Source: Candidatus Acetothermia bacterium
Lineage (GTDB): Bacteria; Bipolaricaulota; Bipolaricaulia; RBG-16-55-9
Length of the DNA: 64,000 nt
Direction of reading: 5' to 3'
Assembly (NCBI GenBank): GCA_016201405.1
Contig: JACQCZ010000016.1
Coordinates: 23,798 to 87,797, forward strand
Notes under the pieces: generated by a model
What the model saw: the letters and a program-made list of their open reading frames with translations, nothing else
What the model was told of the DNA's origin: nothing
Database searches by the model: none
Position numbers and translations under genes: made by a program
In this document: positions 58,100 through 64,000 of the stretch, in pieces
How the letters are laid out: every line of letters starts with the position of its first letter
How positions within the stretch are numbered: the stretch's first letter is position 1

Positions 58100-59209
58100 T
58101 TGATCTTGGTTGTTCAAAACCGAGAGACGCAGATGATAGATCTGGGCAAGCTCTTGAAAGAGCTATCTCTGGCTTTGGGAATTTTCATTTCCTGCATCTT
58201 GGGCATACAAACGCTCGCTCTAGCTCAAACCACTACAACCCCTGAACTCAAAGCAAAGGTCGTTGTGGATGATGCACAGATTCCTCAGGGGCAGGACGCG
58301 ATCATCAAAGTGACTCTGACCGATGACCCCGCCAAGCGAGGGCTAGTCAGCTTCCAGGGATCTGTCAGCTATGACCCGAACGTGATCACAGTGCTAGAGG
58401 TTCTCTTCCCAACTGAGTGCCCGGTCTGGGCTGCCAATATTCAGGCTGGGCTAGTCAGATTCGCCGCCACCAAGTGCTCCGGGAACAAAGGGGATGTCAA
58501 AGTGGGTGAGCTCTTCCGGCTGCACATCAAGGCCGTAGGGCCTCCAGGCTCAACCACGACGCTAAACCCAACGTTTGATATTTTTGATGATTTTGATTTC
58601 AAGTTCATTCCGTATGAAGTGGATCCAGGGGTTATTGTCATCACAGGTGGGACTGCGAATATACCTCCAGTTGCCGATTTTGATTACACACCTCACAGTC
58701 CAACAGAGAAAGACACAATCAAGTTTATAGATCAGTCCCATGATCCTGATGGCAGCGTTGTGAAGTGGAATTGGGATTTTGGTGACGGCAGCAAACTGGA
58801 TGTACAAACGGCTTCGCATAAATACGCAACGGCAGGCTCATACAACGTCACACTGACCGTGACGGATAATGGCGGTGCCACAAACGCCGTCACAAAACCC
58901 GTCGTCGTGAGAAATTCCGGTCCAATGGGCTTTGTCTGTCTTAACTATCCAAATCCAGTGCGCGTCAGCACGACCTTTGTCTGCGGGCTTCCGAATGGAG
59001 CTACACAGGCAACGTTGCGAATTTACAATCTGACCGGGCGTTTGGTAAAGAGCCAGGATCTTGACATCCATCATCCTGAGTATCTATGGAATCTCAAAGA
59101 TGACCAAGGGAACGATCTGCCTAATGGCCCGTACTTCTATCTAGTACAGGCAGTGACCCCCGGAGGCGTGCAGCTAACGCGCGTGGAGGTGCTGATCATC
59201 GAACGATGA
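58100..59209 (+). CDS. Cohesin-like + PKD + T9SS type A/FlgD-Ig C-terminal domain protein, paralog 2
   Basis: FQGSVSYDP, DPDG...WNWDFGDG, NYPNP...IYNLTGRLV...LPNGPYFY. Start uncertain (58100 or ATG 58132). Confidence 0.82.
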   Translation: MILVVQNRETQMIDLGKLLKELSLALGIFISCILGIQTLALAQTTTTPELKAKVVVDDAQIPQGQDAIIKVTLTDDPAKRGLVSFQGSVSYDPNVITVLEVLFPTECPVWAANIQAGLVRFAATKCSGNKGDVKVGELFRLHIKAVGPPGSTTTLNPTFDIFDDFDFKFIPYEVDPGVIVITGGTANIPPVADFDYTPHSPTEKDTIKFIDQSHDPDGSVVKWNWDFGDGSKLDVQTASHKYATAGSYNVTLTVTDNGGATNAVTKPVVVRNSGPMGFVCLNYPNPVRVSTTFVCGLPNGATQATLRIYNLTGRLVKSQDLDIHHPEYLWNLKDDQGNDLPNGPYFYLVQAVTPGGVQLTRVEVLIIER

Positions 59210-60210
59210 AATCCCTACGAGTTCTTTCGCTCTTTCTAATTGGGCTGTTTATATTCGCATCAAGCGATGGCTATGCCCAGCGGCTAGTCGGGCTTTTCGA
59301 CCTAGAACAGGGAGTCCGCGCTGCCGCAATGGGTGGAGCCTATGTCGGGCTTGCAGAGGGGGATTGGGCACTCTACTACAATCCCGCCGGGCTGGCCTAT
59401 CTGCATGAGCTTCACCTGAGCGGCATGTACGAGAGTCGGTTCTCTCGCGCAGATCAGGGAATCTTCACCATGGCCGTACCCAACTTTGCGGGACAGCTGC
59501 TCTTCCTCACCGTCAATGGTGCAGTGCGGCGAGATGATACAGGCAAAGACCTGGGACTCATTCCCTACTCGCAGTTTGGATTGCTTCTCGGAGCCGGCTT
59601 CTCTCTCAGCGATTTTGTCGAGAATAGCGACTTTGGTGGACTCAGCATCGGCAGCCAGCTAAAGTTCTACTCAATCAGCACAGACACCCCCGGCCAAGGA
59701 GCTTCCATCTCCATCACGCCCAGCGCGATGTGGTCGGAAGAGCGCGTGATGTTTGGCGATCTGCCACTCCAAGTCTTGCGCTTTGGAGTCATTGCTCCGG
59801 ATCTTCTAAGCCTAGGCTTTTCATACGGGAGTGGCCATCACGAAAGCTGGGGGCCCGGGTTGCGCTTCGGTGCATCTGCCAGCACACCGGATGGCCTCAC
59901 CTTCGCTGCGGACCTCGATGCCCTGGGCAGCTTCAGCCTTGGCGCAGAGTGGCTCTATCGGGGCTTAGAACTGGGCGATCTTGGACAGGCCGATGTCAGT
60001 ATCCGTGGAGGACTCAAGAATATTGGCAGCATTCTAACCCCAAGCATCGGCTTCGGGCTCCGTTTGGGAGATCTTCGTGTGGATTACGCGCTCATTATTC
60101 ATCCTGATCTTCCCGATGTTCACAGATTCTCAATCTCTGGCGTCTTTGGCCCGCCAAACTTCCTGCTTTGTGCGCTGCGCCCTGCGGTCTGTCCTAGGGA
60201 CGACCCATAG
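59206..60210 (+). CDS. PorV/PorQ-like outer-membrane beta-barrel, paralog 2
   Basis: GVRAAAMGGAYVGLA...YYNPAGLA, RVDYAL..HP.L..HRFS. Confidence 0.8.
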   Translation: MKSLRVLSLFLIGLFIFASSDGYAQRLVGLFDLEQGVRAAAMGGAYVGLAEGDWALYYNPAGLAYLHELHLSGMYESRFSRADQGIFTMAVPNFAGQLLFLTVNGAVRRDDTGKDLGLIPYSQFGLLLGAGFSLSDFVENSDFGGLSIGSQLKFYSISTDTPGQGASISITPSAMWSEERVMFGDLPLQVLRFGVIAPDLLSLGFSYGSGHHESWGPGLRFGASASTPDGLTFAADLDALGSFSLGAEWLYRGLELGDLGQADVSIRGGLKNIGSILTPSIGFGLRLGDLRVDYALIIHPDLPDVHRFSISGVFGPPNFLLCALRPAVCPRDDP

Positions 60211-63200
60211 AGAAGTCGCGTCCGAACTGGAATTCAACGACGAAACTGTCGCGTGAATCTTTCGAGTTGACTCCATTGAGGTTGAAGAGATAGACGGAAG
60301 TGACTGTAGAAGTCCAATCTGGCATCGGCTCAAAATCACTCTTCAACGTGACTTCGCCGTCCAGCTCATTGAGGGGTTGTCCTGATTGAGTCCCCTCAGA
60401 ATAGTCAAACTCAGTGGAAAGACTCGGCGTAAACCCAGGGAAGAACTCGTAATGCAAGGTCTGCTGTAATGAATAGCTGATCTGCTCATCACGATCCATG
60501 GATTTGTAATCTCGTGAAAGCAGGAGGTCTGCGCTAAGTGGACCTGCCGACTGCCAGTTCATCTGAAGGGATACGCTATATTGTCCACTCACTTTCCGGC
60601 CAAAGAGTGGATGGATCAACGTATCAAGACTTCCATTAAACGTAAGAACAGGCCGCACCTGCCCAAAATCGAGAAGATTGAGATTGACAGATAGAGAGTC
60701 TTGAAAGCGTGTGAGCTGGTTGCGTTGTTGTTCAGTAAAGCTCCTGCGATAGCGTATCTGTCCATCAATTCCCGCCAGACCCCCATCCAAACTTCCCTCT
60801 CCCAGCCATTGCAGGCTAGAATCTGACCCAAAGGGATCGATTACTCCTGCCGTGAAATTGAGGCGGGGCGAGAAATGGAGGTCACGCAGGGTCATTGTCG
60901 TTGTGCTGAGGGTAAACTGTGCATTTTGAGTGAGCGTGCTCTCTCCTCCACCCGCAGAGGGGATCCGCGCGTTGCCATGAAAATCGGAAGAGAGCGTCAG
61001 CGAGAGCATGTCAAGGGGGATCGTGCGGTTCCAACTCACCTGCCAATCCAACTGGTGTTGGCTAGAAAACTCGCCATAGCGCCACATTGATGGGAGGCGA
61101 TATCCTGTTTTGAGTTGCAAGCCAGGCATAATTTCAATGCTGACTCCCCCACTCAAGGTGCTGGACGAGTTGGAATAGGCTGGGCGCTTCAAATCGACCA
61201 GATCGTCGATTGTGTACCCCAAGCTCACGGCGAGCTTGTTGCTAAAGAAATTCTGCTGGAGAGTCATGTCCATAGAGTGCACCTTCTGATCAAACCCTTC
61301 TTGTTTGAAATCCCGGTCAACCTGTCTCAAATTCGACTCGATGTGGATCTGTGGGCCACCTCCATCGGGGGTGAACGCAAATTCAATCAAATCCGAGATC
61401 GTGAGATTGGGTAAGTGATAACGGTCAAACAACCCCTCTTGGTGAGTAGCGCGAAGATTGAGGAAAGGAGTGATCGGATAGACTCCACTAAGGTTGAGAC
61501 TGATGTGGTCTTGGCGATTCAGAGTCCCAACGGGAGAGAAAGCTGGCGTGACTCCTTCCAAATAGCCTTCCAGATGCAAATCGCCCAACATCTTTCTCAG
61601 CAATAATCTGCCATAGATTCCCTGGTCAGTATGCCCATCGGGAGAGATGTCTTGAAAGCGGTGATCCGCCCGGCCACTCAGATGAGTCTCCACTTCCTGA
61701 TAGAGACGCACATTGGAGGGCGTATGGACATTGTAGAGGAAGAGCTGATAATTCTCGTTGGCGACTCCTCCTGCCCAAATCGAATCAGTCGTGCCAGCCA
61801 CCGCCGTAACTGCGTGACCTTCTGCAATTTTGACCCGCCCGCTCTTGACCCCATAGAGGCCCGTATTGGTCCCATACCAAAGCTCCCCAGTGAGAACTCC
61901 AACGCTGCGTACAAATTGGTCAGAGACGGGCCAGCCAACGCCCACCCCGCCTTGCAGAGCGCGGACTCCCTGATCTGTGGCTGCATAGACGACATCACTG
62001 TCTTCTGCCAAATCTCGAATAGCAACACCTTGAAGCTCAGGGACGGAACGCAAATATTTGAGATCGGAATCTAGAATCGCAAGCCCGTGGTCGGTGCCAA
62101 TATAGAGCCACCCGGCCGCCGCTCCGAGTTTGAGTATGCGATCGCTGGGCAGCTCTCGGTACTCTTTTCGCTGATAATACTTCCATTTGAGCACGCTGGA
62201 GATCTGTTCAATGCGTACTTGCCCCAGTGCCGTATCAGAGCCAACCCAGAGAACCCCATCGTGTAAGAGAACAGCATTGAGCTTCTCTCCCGGCACGCCA
62301 TCTCGCTCATCGTAGGACTTCCAATTTCGTTTTCGGGCAAAGCTAGGCATAGGATTTCCGGAATCGAGCTTTAAAACAGTCAAGCCTCCAGATGTGGCGA
62401 AGACCAACTGATCTCCTTCATAGGCAATGTCATAGACCTCTTGACCGGCAAGACCCTCCCGAATCCCGTAATTGGTCCAATTGGCTCCATCAAAGAGAGT
62501 AAGGCCATTTCGATGTCCAATCAGCACCAGGGGCCAGCCGTCATGAGCAATCACTCGGATCACATGCGTGAAGTTTGGCTGGTTGGCTCGCTCATTGTTG
62601 TCGGATGGGAATCGGTTCTGGGCCACTCCAAGATCAAAGGCCCCGTCTAAAAGGCCTCCTTGGAATTTCCCGCTGACACCCAAAACGGTATCCGTATTGG
62701 GCATTGTTTCGAGCGTCTCAGGGTCTACTCCTTGCTTGAGGGCATCATGAGCTTGCAAAAGATCAATATCGAGCTGCAGACCGCTATTAGGTTCCAGATG
62801 CATGCTGAGACTGTTGAAGGTCCTTCCAAAATCGCTGATCCCCAACAGGCCACCACGTGCTGTCTCATACTCAACACGCAACACGTCATCTTTCCCAAGA
62901 GGATTGAAGAGAACGAGCACTCCATTATCGTACTGCATTATATAATCGACATTGCTCTGTAAGAGACGCCCGTTCAAATAGACCTTCTCGCTGTTTTTGA
63001 GAACGGTCAACCCCAGGATGTAGACGCCCGTGCCAGTCTGATAGGAAAAGGTCACCTTGACGCCTGCATCTTTATTATCAAAGAACTCCGGCGGGACCTG
63101 GAGCTCCAAAACCCCGACACTGGGAAAGACGTGAGTCTCATAGTGGGTCAGAGTCGGGTCATGAACATCGAGGAAATCATTCCCATTAGTCGTGACTTCA

Positions 63201-64000
63201 ATATGAACGGTATCTTCTTGGACGTCTTTGACATGAAGAGAATAGAATCTCTGGTTGGAGCTGTCTTTAGTCGTAAATGATTGGTCATCCACTCGAATTT
63301 GGGTATGCAATGCAAGCTCTTTGAGAAATTCCTGCTCAAAATCGGTGTCTTGGTTAAATGGATATTCTTTCTGCTGATCTGAAGAGAGCTTCTGCTCTGA
63401 GTTATAATCATCTATTAAATCAAATAGCTTTTCGCGCAAGATGGAAAGATAGGGAGAATTGAGAGCAAGAAAATACTCTTTCTCTTCAGGAATGACTGCA
63501 TAGAGGGTTGGATCCAAATCCGATTCGGGAGCCTTGGCGATGGCATCATTCAGATAATCCAAGTCATATTGCTTTAAGATATCTCGCAGTCCGGAGTCTG
63601 CCAAAAAACCGAGCTTCACCACAGTAAACCCCTCTACGAAATTGGGCCCCAATGAAAAATATTCCAAGCCCTTGAGACTCGTACCATAAGGCTCCGTCGT
63701 AAACGCCTGATTGGGATCGTGATAGGAGAACGTAATAGAACTCTCAACAGTATTGCCGCGAAAGGTCTTTGTCTCTAAGTTTCCAGTGATCTGAGAATGG
63801 ATCCCGCTCAACGTAACGTGCTCGCTCAAGTTCCAATCCACCTTGATTCCCTTAAGCAGCCGGGAGGCGTACGCAAAAGGGCTGTCCTCGCGGGCCATGG
63901 GAAAATCCCCATACTCCGCCTTCCAGGTCTTGGCCTCCCACAACATCCGAACCGACTGCAAGAAATCAGGTTGAGTCGTATCGAGCTGCGCAATAAGTGA
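60194..64000 (-). CDS. Very large outer-membrane protein, SprA/Sov-like, 5'-truncated by window edge
   Basis: Frame is open to base 64000; NSEKVYLNGRLL..NVDY.M.Y..G.L motif, internal beta-propeller-like repeats, long amphipathic beta-strand C-terminal region. Confidence 0.6.
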   Translation of the reverse strand, partial: SLIAQLDTTQPDFLQSVRMLWEAKTWKAEYGDFPMAREDSPFAYASRLLKGIKVDWNLSEHVTLSGIHSQITGNLETKTFRGNTVESSITFSYHDPNQAFTTEPYGTSLKGLEYFSLGPNFVEGFTVVKLGFLADSGLRDILKQYDLDYLNDAIAKAPESDLDPTLYAVIPEEKEYFLALNSPYLSILREKLFDLIDDYNSEQKLSSDQQKEYPFNQDTDFEQEFLKELALHTQIRVDDQSFTTKDSSNQRFYSLHVKDVQEDTVHIEVTTNGNDFLDVHDPTLTHYETHVFPSVGVLELQVPPEFFDNKDAGVKVTFSYQTGTGVYILGLTVLKNSEKVYLNGRLLQSNVDYIMQYDNGVLVLFNPLGKDDVLRVEYETARGGLLGISDFGRTFNSLSMHLEPNSGLQLDIDLLQAHDALKQGVDPETLETMPNTDTVLGVSGKFQGGLLDGAFDLGVAQNRFPSDNNERANQPNFTHVIRVIAHDGWPLVLIGHRNGLTLFDGANWTNYGIREGLAGQEVYDIAYEGDQLVFATSGGLTVLKLDSGNPMPSFARKRNWKSYDERDGVPGEKLNAVLLHDGVLWVGSDTALGQVRIEQISSVLKWKYYQRKEYRELPSDRILKLGAAAGWLYIGTDHGLAILDSDLKYLRSVPELQGVAIRDLAEDSDVVYAATDQGVRALQGGVGVGWPVSDQFVRSVGVLTGELWYGTNTGLYGVKSGRVKIAEGHAVTAVAGTTDSIWAGGVANENYQLFLYNVHTPSNVRLYQEVETHLSGRADHRFQDISPDGHTDQGIYGRLLLRKMLGDLHLEGYLEGVTPAFSPVGTLNRQDHISLNLSGVYPITPFLNLRATHQEGLFDRYHLPNLTISDLIEFAFTPDGGGPQIHIESNLRQVDRDFKQEGFDQKVHSMDMTLQQNFFSNKLAVSLGYTIDDLVDLKRPAYSNSSSTLSGGVSIEIMPGLQLKTGYRLPSMWRYGEFSSQHQLDWQVSWNRTIPLDMLSLTLSSDFHGNARIPSAGGGESTLTQNAQFTLSTTTMTLRDLHFSPRLNFTAGVIDPFGSDSSLQWLGEGSLDGGLAGIDGQIRYRRSFTEQQRNQLTRFQDSLSVNLNLLDFGQVRPVLTFNGSLDTLIHPLFGRKVSGQYSVSLQMNWQSAGPLSADLLLSRDYKSMDRDEQISYSLQQTLHYEFFPGFTPSLSTEFDYSEGTQSGQPLNELDGEVTLKSDFEPMPDWTSTVTSVYLFNLNGVNSKDSRDSFVVEFQFGRDFSMGRP

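Noticed and set aside
48569..59209. Cellulosome
   Set aside because: No catalytic CAZyme domains and no multi-cohesin scaffoldin recognised.
1006..64000. Numerous 60-230 aa antisense or alternate-frame ORFs in the track
   Set aside because: They lie within well-supported genes and show no motifs; treated as shadow ORFs.
1..64000. tRNA, rRNA, transposase, integrase, prophage or defence genes
   Set aside because: None recognisable by eye; a covariance-model scan would be needed to exclude small RNAs.

Overview
Bacterial chromosomal window from a diderm organism (outer-membrane beta-barrel genes; YidC with a large periplasmic domain). The style of the C-terminal sorting domains tentatively suggests a Bipolaricaulota/Acetothermia-like lineage, but this is unverified. 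There are four blocks. (1) About 1.9-35.1 kb, minus strand: a surface-glycan locus with a PglFEDC-type bacillosamine set, WbpA/B-D/E/I, an AsnB-like amidotransferase, a GNAT-deacetylase-GT4 trio in vimA-vimE-vimF-like order, Sat-CysC plus a sulfotransferase, two Wzx flippases, Wzy/WaaL, Wzz, a MarR regulator and a decayed GT2. (2) 35.2-40.9 kb: MTHFR-like gene, ribH/ribBA/ribE and yidC-jag, followed by a mirror-symmetric TGATACA repeat array. (3) 40.9-46.8 kb: a six-gene operon in which RnfC, RnfD and ferredoxin/RnfB-like modules sit inside a split Rieske/cytochrome b complex. It has no rnfG/E/A and no cytochrome c, and is the strongest candidate for an undescribed system. (4) 48.6-64 kb: a type IX secretion (T9SS)-like cluster with five CTD-bearing cohesin/dockerin/PKD/FG-GAP proteins (a sixth lies at 31.2 kb), two PorV-like barrels and a truncated SprA-like giant. 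No rRNA, tRNA, CRISPR array or mobile element was seen. All calls come from motif recognition by eye; no searches were run.
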